Of a stretch of DNA of 64,000 bases, positions 9,561 to 21,678 are shown piece after piece. The translations under genes were made by a program, and so were the position numbers. Source of the stretch: an uncultured virus (IMG/VR IMGVR_UViG_3300015608_001493) (Duplodnaviria > Heunggongvirae > Uroviricota > Caudoviricetes); the IMG/VR virus record IMGVR_UViG_3300015608_001493. One strand, given 5' to 3'. The notes beneath the pieces were generated by a model. The model saw only the letters and a list, made by a program, of their open reading frames with translations. It was not told the DNA's origin and made no database searches. Numbering within the stretch: the stretch's first letter is position 1; each line of letters begins with the position of its first letter.

Positions 9561-10023
9561 ACTAAAAGATGTTCGTAGTGTGGCTATTCAGGTAGCCACA
9601 CTACCCGATTCAAAAAGAAGAACATTTCTTAAATCAAAAAGTGAAACTGGAATGTTGCATCGTGGCTCATCACGATTGGCTGTTTCAATGGGACGCTATG
9701 TTCTAAAAGTGGCTTTTAATGAAAAAGGTCGCCAACAAAACAAGGTAGAGTATGATGTTTATCGTCATACCATGAGTTCAACTAAAAGATATTTAGCCCG
9801 AATTTATGACTATGATCAACACCATGAATGGTTAATTGTAGAAAAGTTAGATAAGGCAAGAAAGAGACAAAATTGTTTACGTTTACCAGATAGTGTCGTG
9901 CGTGAGTTAACAGAGATGCTTTATTATACTGACGAGAGTTTAATACAATATGGTATATCTAAATCAGGTCGTAAAAAAATTTATGATTATGGTTTTAATA
10001 AAACCGTATGTCAATATTATTGA
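9547..10023 (+). CDS. minimal protein-kinase-like fold protein
   Basis: RGSSR Gly-loop, VLKVA lysine, NKVE helix-C glutamate and IYDYG metal motif. Confidence 0.55.
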   Translation: MRQYKLKDVRSVAIQVATLPDSKRRTFLKSKSETGMLHRGSSRLAVSMGRYVLKVAFNEKGRQQNKVEYDVYRHTMSSTKRYLARIYDYDQHHEWLIVEKLDKARKRQNCLRLPDSVVRELTEMLYYTDESLIQYGISKSGRKKIYDYGFNKTVCQYY

Positions 10024-10027
10024 TTTT

Positions 10028-11938
10028 ATGAAAGTAGTTTTGGATATAGAGGTATATCCTAACTTTTTCATGTTAGGATTAAAAGATTATGTTACAGGTG
10101 ACACTTCTTATTTTGAAGTGTCAGATCACAAAGACGATCGAAGAGAGTTATATCAATGGCTTTGTACATATAGAGGTTATGTAATTTCGTTTAACGGGTT
10201 ACAGTATGATAATATGGTTTTGGCTTTTATCAAAAAAGAATGGAGCACCCTTTGTAATCATCCAAACTTCTGTTTAGAAGTTAAAAACTTCTCAGATAAG
10301 GTGATTGATAGTGAATCATATTTTGAATACCTAAAACCTTACAGATATACCTTTCAAAAACAATGGGTGGACGTAGACCTTTATTTATATTGGTCAAAAA
10401 ACCTTCGTTTAAGCAAAAAGATTTCTCTTAAAGGGTTAGGGATTCAAATGGGATACCCTGTGGTTCAAGAGTTACCTTATCCTCCTCACCAGCATCTAAC
10501 CAAAGAACAAATTGAAGAAGTTAAAAACTATAATCTTCAACATGACTTGGGAATTACCAGACTTTTAGCCAAACAATTCACAGGTCAAGGTCATATATCA
10601 ATTGGAAACTTGGGTACTATTCAACTAAGACAGTTTATTACCAAAACTTATGGAATAAACGCTATGTCTATGGATGGACCCAAGATAGCATCCGAGATTC
10701 TTTTACAGAATTATTGTAGGTTTACTGGCAAGAATCCACAAGAGGTTAGAGATTTAAGGTTTCCTTCGGAAACAATCTATTTTGGAGAGATTCTAAAGGA
10801 TATCCCTGTCAATTTTAAAAACCCAACTCTACAAAAGGTTCATCAAGAATGGTTAAACGCAGTAGGGTCATTCTCAAAAGAGTTTGTTTTATTAGGTAGT
10901 CATCCTATTAAAATTTCAGTTGGACAGGGTGGTATTCATTCTATAAACAAGAATGAAATTTATGTTGCAGATGATGACCATCTAATCATTACTGATGACA
11001 TTGGGGCAATGTATCCAACCAACATTGAAAACTGGAAGGCTTTTAGGTTTCCAGAAATTCAACAAAGTTATGTTGAATTTAAAGAAAAGAGGATCAAGGA
11101 GACAAAACCAGGGATGAAACAACATCCAAAAGGAAGTCCTGAATGGAATGAGTTTTATCAAAAAGATTCATTCTATAAGTTGATTTTGAATGGTGTGAGT
11201 GGACTTCTTGATATGGCTTATTCTTGGATGTACAACCCTTCTAAAATTATGAAGGTACGTTGTGGAGGACAACTGATTCTTTTATCTCTAATAGATAGAT
11301 GTTTGGAACACGATATAAAAGTGATTAGTGTTAATACTGATGGTCTTGAAGTAATTTGTTCCAAAAATCAATATGAGACCTATTTAAAACTTGTAGAAGA
11401 AACAGAAAAGCAGTTTAATGTAACGTTTGAAAGGGATTTTTATCAAAGAATTATCTATCAAAACGTTAACTCTTACATTGCGGAGACTACCTCTGGAAAA
11501 CTAAAAAAGAAAGGTATGTTTGTTACCGATCCTGATTTAGGAAACTCTGTTGATTTTTTAGTTATTCCCAAATGTCTTGAACTGTATTTTATAAAAGGTA
11601 TAAAACCTGAGATAGTTCTGAGTGATCCTGAGAAATACAATTTACATATATATGACTTTTGCTGTTCTGCAAAAGTAGACCGAAGTTATACAGTAGAGTG
11701 GTATCAAAAACCTCAACAAAGATTAAATCGTTTCTATGTCTCCACAAACGGAGCCTATATTTATAAATGTCGAAACGGAAAAAAAACTCATATGTTAAAA
11801 GGATGGGGAGTCACCCTTTATAATAATCATGTTGAGCAACCTTTTAAAAACTATAAAATTAATAAATCATTCTATCTTAACGAAATAAACACTCTTATTA
11901 AAGAGATAGAAAACTACAATCAATATCAATTATTATGA
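10028..11938 (+). CDS. polB: DNA polymerase family B
   Basis: Exonuclease DIE and FNG..YD; motif A DDIGAMYP, motif B KLILNGVSG, motif C NTDG. Start placed at the ATG at 10028. Confidence 0.92.
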   Translation: MKVVLDIEVYPNFFMLGLKDYVTGDTSYFEVSDHKDDRRELYQWLCTYRGYVISFNGLQYDNMVLAFIKKEWSTLCNHPNFCLEVKNFSDKVIDSESYFEYLKPYRYTFQKQWVDVDLYLYWSKNLRLSKKISLKGLGIQMGYPVVQELPYPPHQHLTKEQIEEVKNYNLQHDLGITRLLAKQFTGQGHISIGNLGTIQLRQFITKTYGINAMSMDGPKIASEILLQNYCRFTGKNPQEVRDLRFPSETIYFGEILKDIPVNFKNPTLQKVHQEWLNAVGSFSKEFVLLGSHPIKISVGQGGIHSINKNEIYVADDDHLIITDDIGAMYPTNIENWKAFRFPEIQQSYVEFKEKRIKETKPGMKQHPKGSPEWNEFYQKDSFYKLILNGVSGLLDMAYSWMYNPSKIMKVRCGGQLILLSLIDRCLEHDIKVISVNTDGLEVICSKNQYETYLKLVEETEKQFNVTFERDFYQRIIYQNVNSYIAETTSGKLKKKGMFVTDPDLGNSVDFLVIPKCLELYFIKGIKPEIVLSDPEKYNLHIYDFCCSAKVDRSYTVEWYQKPQQRLNRFYVSTNGAYIYKCRNGKKTHMLKGWGVTLYNNHVEQPFKNYKINKSFYLNEINTLIKEIENYNQYQLL

Positions 11939-12879
11939 TAACTATTATAGATTACGGATTAGAAAACATATATGGGGTTATAAACCTCTATTATTCAGAT
12001 ACTAAATTTAGAATTGATGGGGTAGAAGTAACTATTCCCAAATTCGAAAGTAGTATTACATGTTTACCAAAAACCATTGAGAAACAAGTAAAGAATCCAC
12101 AATATTTAAGCCATTATGTCTCCGACGATGGTATAATGACCGTTGAAGAGTTTAACATTCGAAAGAAAGAACTGGGTCCAAAAGTCTGGGATGAAGATAA
12201 TGAAGTATATATTTATGCGACAGTTGAAGAACGAGATAATTTTAACGACTTTGTAACCAAATGGAAAGCAGTTTATACTGAACCTTCGGAGAGTTGGGAA
12301 GAGATCACGTTTGATACTATTTATAAAGAATATGTTGAACCTAAATACCGAGATTATATTAGTAGTCAGGTTATTCTTCCTGTTATGAAAAACTACAATG
12401 AGAGTGTACCCGGTAAAGCAATTTGTACATACGTACCAAATGATCATAAACTATTTCGGCAACTTGCTCTACAAAAAGGGTTTGAAGAAGTGCCTGATAG
12501 AATTGGAGTAGATCATACAAAAGGAAAAAAGTTTTGTATCGCTTCTACGTTTAAATATTCAGGTTGCAACGGTAAATATTTGACAACCCTTTATGATAAC
12601 CTTCCTGTAAAAAACCAGGTTAAAGGAAGTTATAAAGATTGTGTTGATGCACATTTGAAAAACGTGTGGTTCATGGAATCATATTTAGATATGGTACTAG
12701 AAGAAATAGATGGTGTTCAGATTACCAAGTTTACTCGAAGTAAACTTGTTGAAGAACTTCATACTATGTTTAATGTGCTGATAAATGTCAAGCCTACTAA
12801 ACAGAGTTATTCGGAATATAGGTCAGTTTTGTCTAACCTTAAACGTCTTGCCAATGAAATATGCGAGAACAAAGTTTAA
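11935..12879 (+). CDS. hypothetical phage protein
   Basis: 314 aa ORF coupled to polB. Confidence 0.7.
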   Translation: MITIIDYGLENIYGVINLYYSDTKFRIDGVEVTIPKFESSITCLPKTIEKQVKNPQYLSHYVSDDGIMTVEEFNIRKKELGPKVWDEDNEVYIYATVEERDNFNDFVTKWKAVYTEPSESWEEITFDTIYKEYVEPKYRDYISSQVILPVMKNYNESVPGKAICTYVPNDHKLFRQLALQKGFEEVPDRIGVDHTKGKKFCIASTFKYSGCNGKYLTTLYDNLPVKNQVKGSYKDCVDAHLKNVWFMESYLDMVLEEIDGVQITKFTRSKLVEELHTMFNVLINVKPTKQSYSEYRSVLSNLKRLANEICENKV

Positions 12880-13116
12880 ATTTCTAAACATACCTGCTGG
12901 TACTGTTTTTACTACCGAGTTTTCTCATAACAAAGATATTTTTAAATCAATACGATTGTATTTAAATAAAAGTCATCTCGGAAGCCCTGAAACTTTGTAA
13001 TCTATGTCAAGTTTGAAGATATGACAAACGATGATATGGAGTTTTATGACTTCTCTGATGGAAAACGGAAAAATAAAGAAGATGTTCAACTATGGGAAAT
13101 ACCATTACCTGTATAG
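12854..13116 (+). pseudogene. small ORF split by a single-base frameshift near 12990
   Basis: Adding one A to CCTGAAACTTT joins two coding-like frames. Confidence 0.4.
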
Positions 13117-13377
13117 ACGATATGTTTACAGAGACCCAACACGAAGTGTTTAACAAATATGGAATTACTCTTCCTAAAAGAGGTGAAAAGTATACCATTA
13201 GAGACACATTAAATACTCAAAACGGTCCTGCTTACTTGTTAGTTGAGATTGTAAACCCCAAGATACCAAATGGTATTCCAGACCCAGAGGGTACGGATTT
13301 CTTTTTTGAACCGTGTTGGGCAACATGGAGGTTTATAAACTCAACAGATTATATGGAAAATGTTTTAGAACTCAAAT

Positions 13378-13824
13378 ATGAAACAAATTATTGACTCTAA
13401 TTTAACTGATCTATATGGTGGATACCCCGTGGGTGACAATATTCATCAATGGCAAACTATTGCAAAAGAATATGCTCGTATTATTCAAGAAAATAACACT
13501 CTGAATAAACCTGTAGTTTTATTTTGTACTGGCTCATCTGGGGCAATTATTGCAAGTTTGATAAGTGTTGAAATCAACGTTTTAAGTATTCAACATATTA
13601 AAAAAGACGGCGAGCAAAGTCACCATAATGTGAATAAATATAATTTAAACCCATATGAATACAATGTTATTGTAGATGATTTTATTGTAACAGGAACATC
13701 TATAAAACGCATTTTAAGTAAATCAGATTTAAAATTTGATTTGTGTGTTGTTTGGAGAAGTGATCCTACACAATTTCAGAAATTAAAACTGTTAGTAAAA
13801 GGTAAATATGCTTACGAAGATTAA
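13378..13824 (+). CDS. type I phosphoribosyltransferase
   Basis: PRPP-binding motif VIVDDFIVTGTS. Confidence 0.8.
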   Translation: MKQIIDSNLTDLYGGYPVGDNIHQWQTIAKEYARIIQENNTLNKPVVLFCTGSSGAIIASLISVEINVLSIQHIKKDGEQSHHNVNKYNLNPYEYNVIVDDFIVTGTSIKRILSKSDLKFDLCVVWRSDPTQFQKLKLLVKGKYAYED

Positions 13825-14284
13825 GAACTATTATGACACGGCTACCCCAAAACAAGTTGTAGAAGAACTTGAAAAGTTAGGTGTAGAATTTATTGATATA
13901 CCTCATTACTCTTACATTCCACTAAAATCAACAGACTATAACACTTTTAAAAAAGTAATAGACTTTTGTATTAATTTTTGTATTGAAAGGGGTCAGCCTT
14001 TGTGGATTGTAAGATTTGCGTATTTTCATTTAGGTAAAAAATGTTACTCAGGATTAAGACTTTCTGGTTCTGAGTTACAAACTGCATTTTTTTCAGATAT
14101 TCCTGATTACCAACACGCCAATATTATTGACCTTACAAACTGTAACTTCTCTGTTGATTCACATAGAAGCATCAGTCCACAAGGAAATAGTTGATTTGGA
14201 CTATGAGAAAACTTTTGACTTTAAATTACCAGAACATAAGTAGAGAAATTAAATTTAAAGCCTGGTACTCAAAACTATTAAACA

Positions 14285-14614
14285 ATGCGAAAAATAATTC
14301 TTTTTAACGAAGACGAAGAGTTCTATCAGTTTCCATCCTTAAAGGAAGCGGCGCAATTCTTAGGTTGTGAGCCTCAAGTTCTACTGAATGTGGGTGAAGG
14401 GACTATAAACGATTATTATGTAGAGTTTGAAGAAGATCGTATTGTACAGTACAACATGCGTACTCCAATCCGAATTTGGGATAATTTTGATGTTCTTTGT
14501 GATACTCTTTTAATGCACCCTACTCTTGTATCAAAAAGTTTGACTTCAAGTTGTATTGCGCAAATTCACTTCAAATGGTTTTCTGAAACAAAAGGAAAAT
14601 ATTATAATGGTTGA
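14285..14614 (+). CDS. NUMOD1-like DNA-binding protein
   Basis: FPSLKEAAQFLG motif plus a second degenerate copy. Confidence 0.5.
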   Translation: MRKIILFNEDEEFYQFPSLKEAAQFLGCEPQVLLNVGEGTINDYYVEFEEDRIVQYNMRTPIRIWDNFDVLCDTLLMHPTLVSKSLTSSCIAQIHFKWFSETKGKYYNG

Positions 14615-14825
14615 TATGTATTTTTTATATTGCTCTATATTGTTTCTGCTGGTTTGGGCTTAACACTGGCTTACACAATAGATTTTATAAAACTGTTAAA
14701 CTTAACCTCTGATAAAAAATATGATTCAGAAACAGGACAGTTGATAAAATATATAGTGATTCTGAACTCATTTATTCCAATCTTTAACACATTGTTTTTA
14801 TTTATATTTTTAACCTCATTTCACA

Positions 14826-16088
14826 ATGTTATACGAGAAACTGTTCGAAAGGGAAAAGGTGAGTAGGTTTGAACTTGCTGATGCGGTTGCAGAAAAGTCT
14901 GAATTGCATCAGCATTTTTTGTTAGAATGTGCGCCCCGAGTAGGAAAAAGTATATTAGCCATTGAATTGGTTAAAAAATGGAATCTATTTCCATTTCTCA
15001 TTTTAAGTAACGCAAACTCAACGAATAAGCAGTGGATAACTAACATTAAACAATACAACCCTCAGTTAGAAGGCTTGTATGATGTTTATTGTTATCAATC
15101 GTTACACAACATTGACCGAGAAAAATACAAGGTTGTTCTTTTAGATGAGTTAGACCTTTGTACAGATAATAGATACGAACATCTTTTTGAGTTTAAACCT
15201 GAACACTGGATAGGGATGTCTGGAACAATTGACATGGAAGATATTTATCGGTTTAAAAGACTATTAAAGTCTATCTTTCATGTTAAAGTAGATTTACTCC
15301 AGGCTGTAAAATGGGGTATTCTCCCACAACCTAAGATTTTTAGTGTTGCTTTATCTCTGGACAATACTAAACGCTATCTTCCTTTTTATAAAGGTAAGGA
15401 TAAAAGAAAAAAGAATAACATTGTACCGTTCAATGAGCGTTGGGCTGCGTATAAAGACAAAACTAAAAACGCAATTATACAATGTACGGAGACTGAATAT
15501 TTACAACTGTTAGAAGAAGAGTTTCAAAAATGGAAAACTTGGGAAGAAGAGTTTACTCTTCCTATGGAAGAAAGGAGTAATTTTCTTCGCACTCTTATTC
15601 AAAAAGGGTTTAATCAAACTACTTGTCGTGATAAGAAAATGAGACTGGGAAATGAAAGAAAAAAGTTTTTTGCTGATATTAAAAATAGACATTTCAAAAA
15701 ACTAATTTCCCAATTACCTGAAAAGTCTCGCATTCTTGTGTTTTGTAATGATACTAGGCAAGCGGATTTACTTAATGAGGAGTTTGCAGTGCATTCTAAT
15801 AGACCTGGGTCTGAGGGGTTAATTGACGCATTTAACAATAAAGAAATTAATCTTTTATTCAGTTGTAAGTTGTTAGAACGAGGGGTAGATTTCATAGATG
15901 TAGATTACCTTATTATTGTTCAAAGTAGTGGAAGTCAAAACTCTCAAATTCAGAAAGCGTTTCGAATTATGCTTTCGGATATTCCAAAAATTATTGTGAT
16001 GTATTACCCTCAAACCCAAGATGAACAATACGTAAACCGATTTTTAGACCAATTTAAAAAAGAATGGATAATCAAAAAAACTTTGTAG
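14826..16088 (+). CDS. superfamily 2 helicase
   Basis: APRVGKS (I), LLDELD (II), MSGT (III), ILVFC (IV), LERGVD (V), QKAFR (VI). Confidence 0.88.
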   Translation: MLYEKLFEREKVSRFELADAVAEKSELHQHFLLECAPRVGKSILAIELVKKWNLFPFLILSNANSTNKQWITNIKQYNPQLEGLYDVYCYQSLHNIDREKYKVVLLDELDLCTDNRYEHLFEFKPEHWIGMSGTIDMEDIYRFKRLLKSIFHVKVDLLQAVKWGILPQPKIFSVALSLDNTKRYLPFYKGKDKRKKNNIVPFNERWAAYKDKTKNAIIQCTETEYLQLLEEEFQKWKTWEEEFTLPMEERSNFLRTLIQKGFNQTTCRDKKMRLGNERKKFFADIKNRHFKKLISQLPEKSRILVFCNDTRQADLLNEEFAVHSNRPGSEGLIDAFNNKEINLLFSCKLLERGVDFIDVDYLIIVQSSGSQNSQIQKAFRIMLSDIPKIIVMYYPQTQDEQYVNRFLDQFKKEWIIKKTL

Positions 16089-17169
16089 GTTGGGACTATC
16101 GAATTTGCACCTATACTATTAGTGGTGAACGCTTTTTTGGCATTCGAGAAGTATTTTATAATTCTAATGGGGTTCCTAACTCATATTCTCCTCGAACTGA
16201 TCATTTAGATGTTTCTCACGAAGATGAAGTGAGTACAATTCAATGGAAACTTGAAAAAATGCAAGAGGCTTGCGCAAAACATATTATTGACCTTGATAAC
16301 TTTCCTGAAACATGGCAACAGTAACAGAAAAACAAAAAGCCTTTCTTGTGGACACCATTCAATACTATATTGTTGATCCTAAAACAAGAAGGAGTAAAAA
16401 CCCGAAAACCGGTAAGTGTCAATACTCAGGAACAGATGAAAGTGAAGGTTGTGCTATTGGTAGACATTTATCCAAAAACACATGTCTGTTTTTAGATAAA
16501 CACTCTTTTCCGTTTGAATATGAGTTTGAATTGTTTCCAAATAGTCTTCAACACTTAGGTCGAAAATTTTTACTAGAAGTACAATTATTTTACGATAGAG
16601 ACTATATTTGGAAGGATCAACAAAAGTTTGATAAAGCGCTACAAGAGTTTAAAAACGAGTTTAATATAGATTTAGATGAATATCAATTCAAATTACCTAC
16701 AACTACTTAGAGACAATGAGATTGAGGAAGCCAAAGGGTTATTTTTTGGTTTTCTCATTACTCACAGAAAGGATTTTCACAGTTTACAATCGTATATCTT
16801 AGATGACCATGTTCTTCCTTATGAAGAGTTTATGGTTCTTCAAATTAACTTATGTAAAGTAAACGAGAAGGGAGAACGAGAACTTAAAGTACCATTTTAC
16901 TCACATCAGAGTTATGGCGAGTTTGATTTATTCAAATCAAAACTTGCAGAAAAGTATATTGGAGGAAAAGGACACTTGAATAATCAACTCGAGTTTATTA
17001 TCTTTGGTCCTGATGATGAAAAATCTTACGATTTTGTAAAATCAAAAATTGAAAACTTTGATATTGATAAACTTGTAGAAGTTGTGTCTCAATATTATGA
17101 AACAACTCGCTTTGCAAGTAAGTTATCAAAATATCTCAAAGAGTCCGCGACACAAGATTATAACCTTTT

Positions 17170-19355
17170 ATGAATTTAGTTACCAAGATACAGCAGGCCC
17201 ATGAGAACTTCACTCAAAATAAATGGGATTATCTTCCTATGCCTCCTGAACTTGGAAGAATTGCGTTATGGATGCCAGGGTTTGTTCGAGGTGATATTTC
17301 CTGTTTGACAGGCACTCCTAGTAGTGGAAAAACTTCATTAGCCAAGTTTATTTTTCTTCATCACGGAGTAAAATGGGCAGTTCAAAACAAGAAAAACTTT
17401 AAGATTAAATATTTTGGTCTTGAAGAAACAGAAGAAGAGTTTGACTGGTCTTTGTTAAGTCACCAACTTTACAAACGTAAAGGATTAAGATATAATATCC
17501 GAGACTTTACAGGAATTGGTAATAGTGTACCACCAAAACACTGGCCTTTAGTTGAAGACGTTGAACCTAAGGTTGAAACCATTAAAAAATATGTAGACTA
17601 TCATGATAACATTTTTAATTCTTATGGTATTTACAAAGAAGTAAGAGAGTTAGCAAGGAGTCGTGGTAAATTCTATTTAGGAAATGTAAAACTAACTGAT
17701 ACACAGTTAATCAATGGAGACAAATGGGATAGATATGTTCCAGATGACCCTAACGAGTTTGTTTTAATTGTGGTGGACCATTAAAATAGGTGGTCGTTAA
17801 ATTGGGTAAAATCGGTAAACACTAAAATTATGAAAGTTTATTTCTTTTAATTGTGAGAATTGTAGTATTTTTAGTGATCAAAATCATTAAATATGAAACG
17901 AACACAAGAAGAAGTTTTAAACTGGTATAAAGACTATCAATCTGGTAAAAGTAAAGATTATATAGATCGTCTATATAATACAAATTGTGAATATCATTTT
18001 AGAAAATATAATTTAAAATCCAAGAGTCGTAGTGAAATTGCATTACGAAGAACAGGACGTGTTAAGATTATAAACTATATTAAAAATATCTTAACAGAAC
18101 AAGATGCTTATATTTTAGGTCTTTGGTTAGCAGATGGTAATGTATCTAAAAAGAAAATTTCAATTTCTTTAATAAAATCTGATATTGATATATTAATCAA
18201 AATAAAAAATTATATTGGTCCAGATTTTAAAATTAAAATAGTTAAAAATAATGCTGTTTTAGAAATAGTATCCAAAGAGATTGTAAATAATTTTATTAGT
18301 AATGGTATTATACCAAACAAAACAAATACATCTCACCCTGTTCCTATAATTCCTGAACCTTTAATGAGGCATTTTCTTAGAGGATATTTTGACGGAGATG
18401 GTACAATTTATTACGATAGAAAATTTTTAAGAATTAGCATCTGTAGTATAAATCCAGAAATATTATACTGGTTTCAAAGTTATCTTTTATCTATTGATAT
18501 TAATTCCTCTATCAATAAAGAAATTAGACAGGGAAAAACTTTATCTGTTCCAGGAGGAACTTGTTCTAATTTAAAAGATATGTACCGAATATTTATAAGA
18601 AGAAAAGAAGATATTCACAAACTTTATAATTTATTTTATAAAGATTCTACAATTTACTTAGATAGAAAATATACCAAATTTCATAATCATGTCAATACCG
18701 AGGTAAACAATCAAATTACGAAAGGTTGATTGTCACCGTAGAGCATAGGAGATGAACAAATATAATTCTCCCACGAGTACCCAATACCCTATTGTAGGGT
18801 AATGATATATGCCGAACTTATAGGAAACTATAAGAAGTATAGGATAAAAAGCCTATACGATAACAAATGCTATTAGATCTTATAACGCAAAAGGACGAAA
18901 AAGACATATCTGATGCAATGACTAACGTAGTTAAGCATCTTAAAAACTATGCTGCTAAACTATTTGGCTATTGTATAGTCTTTATTCAACATCAAGACAA
19001 CTCTGTTGACAACTTTGAAAGAAGGCAGGCACAAGATATTCTCTGTACTATTCCTAACTTAGCAAGAAATAAAGAGTTGGCGCGTCAATACAAAAACCTT
19101 ATTGGAGTGACAAACATTAATGTGACAAACTCCACAAACAACAACGCGGGTATTCAAACATGGGGAGGATACAGAGTTCCTCAGTTGGGAAATTTCTCAA
19201 GGGTACTCAATATTATTAAAAATCGTTTTGGCACCAAGGATGTGAATGACATTCTATTGTTTGATGGTAAGGTAGGTGAGTTTAACAAACTACCTAAACC
19301 AGATTCAGAAGAATTTAAGACACTCGTTGAGAATATTAAAACATATGATCCATAA
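17170..19355 (+). CDS. dnaB: DnaB-like replicative helicase; spliced, exons 17170-17781 and 18870-19355 (~365 aa)
   Basis: GTPSSGKTS Walker A, FGLEE, VVDH|LL Walker B across the junction, FIQH, KNRFG. Confidence 0.88.
17782..18869 (+). mobile_element. group I intron in dnaB, LAGLIDADG ORF in L5
   Basis: P1 GACCAT/GTGGTC with U-G at the splice site; P10 AATAG/CTATT; P3 GGGTA/TACCC; P7 GCATA/TATGC; terminal G restores the frame. Confidence 0.9.
17893..18729 (+). CDS. intron-encoded LAGLIDADG homing endonuclease
   Basis: YILGLWLADG and FLRGYFDGDG motifs. Confidence 0.92.
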   Translation: MKRTQEEVLNWYKDYQSGKSKDYIDRLYNTNCEYHFRKYNLKSKSRSEIALRRTGRVKIINYIKNILTEQDAYILGLWLADGNVSKKKISISLIKSDIDILIKIKNYIGPDFKIKIVKNNAVLEIVSKEIVNNFISNGIIPNKTNTSHPVPIIPEPLMRHFLRGYFDGDGTIYYDRKFLRISICSINPEILYWFQSYLLSIDINSSINKEIRQGKTLSVPGGTCSNLKDMYRIFIRRKEDIHKLYNLFYKDSTIYLDRKYTKFHNHVNTEVNNQITKG

Positions 19356-19950
19356 AAATAAATATTTTGATCAAAGGTTGATTGCAAGTAAATACATTCA
19401 AAGATTCTTGGGATTGAACAGTGCTACCGACATGTTAAACTTGAAACTTTTTCCAAACGTGAAGGAAATTGGAGAAAGTATGGCAATGTTTTATGCGGTT
19501 ACTGAAAAAATCAAGGTTTGGGATAAAAGAATTAAACAGGATAGTAATAATGTAAATATTGTTGTGGTGGGAGATGGGGTTTCCCCAAGAACTGCCTGTT
19601 TGTTTAATTTTTTAACTAAATGGAACACATGGTCTATTGATCCTAATATGCGTTTGGTATCTTATGACAATGTTAAAAGACTTACAGTAATTCCGGATAA
19701 AATTGAAAACGTTAAATTACAATTTGACGATGATCAAATTGTAATTATTATATTGCCACATAGCCACGCTCCAATTTTTCAATGTTGGGATAACATTCAG
19801 GCTAATCAAAAATGGTTAATTAAAATGCCTTGTTGCACACATGACAACTTAAACTTTCCAGGTTATTATTATCGTGATCCATTTGCGATTACTGCAAAAA
19901 ATGAAATATATATCTGGTCAAATTATAAAACACTTGTAAATGCAAATTGA
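19345..19950 (+). CDS. putative SAM-dependent methyltransferase (Rossmann-like)
   Basis: IVVVGDGVSPRTA..WSIDP and MPCC motifs. Confidence 0.5.
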   Translation: MIHKNKYFDQRLIASKYIQRFLGLNSATDMLNLKLFPNVKEIGESMAMFYAVTEKIKVWDKRIKQDSNNVNIVVVGDGVSPRTACLFNFLTKWNTWSIDPNMRLVSYDNVKRLTVIPDKIENVKLQFDDDQIVIIILPHSHAPIFQCWDNIQANQKWLIKMPCCTHDNLNFPGYYYRDPFAITAKNEIYIWSNYKTLVNAN

Positions 19951-20791
19951 ATTTAAACAACCCGTTAAAGGGTATCCTAATCTAATGATTCTTTCAGGTC
20001 AACCTGGTGTAGGTAAGAGTAGTCTTATTGTAGGGTTGAACAAAGGAAAATACAAATCCTTACATATTGACCTTCAAGGAGGTGCAGCACATGTTGGAGG
20101 TTATATTGTAGACGTTAAAGGTGAGGCTGATAAAAATGGTTGGTCCTTAGCAAGAGCATGGAAAGAGACAATCAAAAGTATTCGTAAACTGAATGCTGAA
20201 AATGGCTCTCCTGTGTATGATTTTGTTACAGTAGATCCTCTTTCTTCTTTTAAGGAAATTATTATTGCTCTCTCAGCCAAGATTTACAACGAAAGTGTTG
20301 TGGGTCGTGCAGCAATGAGAAAAGCCGCAGAAGAAAAATATGGTCCAGGTCAAAAATTTACTCCTGAGATACTTAACCAGTTTGCAAGTAAAGACCCTGT
20401 TTCAGATATTGGTCAAAATGGTTGGAACTTTTACAACCAGGCTTGGAAAGAAATTATCTCTGATATTTCTAACATTGCAAGTAAATGTGTAATTATTATT
20501 GCTCACACCAAGTATAACACATTGAAAAAGACAGAAATTACAGAGGTTTCTGTTAAAGAGATTGATTTTTGGCCCTCTTATCTTCTCGAACTTATTGGTA
20601 CAGCAAGCGATTCTGGTTCACTTTATCGCAAAGATAACCAAGTAATTGCGTCTTTTGTTTTAAAAGACTCTCATCAACATTTTAAAAGTCGTAACTTTGA
20701 CGGGCAAGAGTTTGTTCTCTCTGTTAAAGAAGGAGATGAGATTAAAACAATGTGGGAGCAAATATTTCCATTCCTAAATAAAGAAAAATGA
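19940..20791 (+). CDS. AAA ATPase (Sak4-like recombination ATPase)
   Basis: GQPGVGKS Walker A, VTVD Walker B, IIIAH. Confidence 0.75.
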   Translation: MQIEFKQPVKGYPNLMILSGQPGVGKSSLIVGLNKGKYKSLHIDLQGGAAHVGGYIVDVKGEADKNGWSLARAWKETIKSIRKLNAENGSPVYDFVTVDPLSSFKEIIIALSAKIYNESVVGRAAMRKAAEEKYGPGQKFTPEILNQFASKDPVSDIGQNGWNFYNQAWKEIISDISNIASKCVIIIAHTKYNTLKKTEITEVSVKEIDFWPSYLLELIGTASDSGSLYRKDNQVIASFVLKDSHQHFKSRNFDGQEFVLSVKEGDEIKTMWEQIFPFLNKEK

Positions 20792-21678
20792 AGCGAAGTG
20801 AGTTCAACAAACTAAGGCGTCTTTTTCCAGACCATATTATTCAAATAATGTCTGATGAGAACCTATATGACGTATTGAATATAAACGAAGAACTTTTTGA
20901 AGTTCATATAGGTAAAAACGCAGCACGTCAGATTTCCTATAAAGAAATTGATCCCTCTATTGTTTTTGTTTTCAAACCCGTAGATTGGAATGGAATTTCA
21001 ACTGAACATCAAAGTGACTCCGGTATTGGTAAGCCGGGACCAACTAATATCTGAGGTGACACCTCGTAAATTAGATGAGTTTATTGGTCCAGTAAATGTT
21101 GATCTTGCTAAAAGGTTAGCGTTTGCGTTACCAGAATTAAGAACTAAAATTGAAAAGATCAACGTTGAATTAGAAGTTGTTGAAAGTGAGTTATATACGG
21201 TTGTGACTTACTCTTCAAATACAACTCTTTCAGATAACGACCAACAATTGTTTATGTCGTTTATTAATGAAGAGTTAATTTATGGTGAAAACGCAGTTTT
21301 CACATTTCCTATTAAAACAACCGAAGAATACGAATATCATATAACAGTTTAACATGGCAGTAATCAGATTTAATGCTCAGCAGAAGCAGCGTCTCATTGA
21401 GATGTACAATGATGTGTCTCTCGCATCAAAAGATTTCCCTAAAATCATTGAGCAGGAAATGAATATTGTATTTCCTTACACAGAAGTACAAAACATCTAC
21501 AACAACCTTTTAAACCTTCCTCTTCGTAATCGTCCTCGTAAAAAAGAGACATATATAATTGAATTTGAAGATGAAGTAGTTCAAACAGAGAACTCAGAAG
21601 TAGAAGCAGAAATTGAACAAGAACAAGAAAAAGAAGATTGGTAATTAAAATAATTAAAATAATTAAAATAAGTTAAAT

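Noticed and set aside
21642..21678. (TAATTAAAA)x3 tandem repeat
   Set aside because: Low-complexity A-rich leader typical of SD-less initiation. Too short to call an origin.
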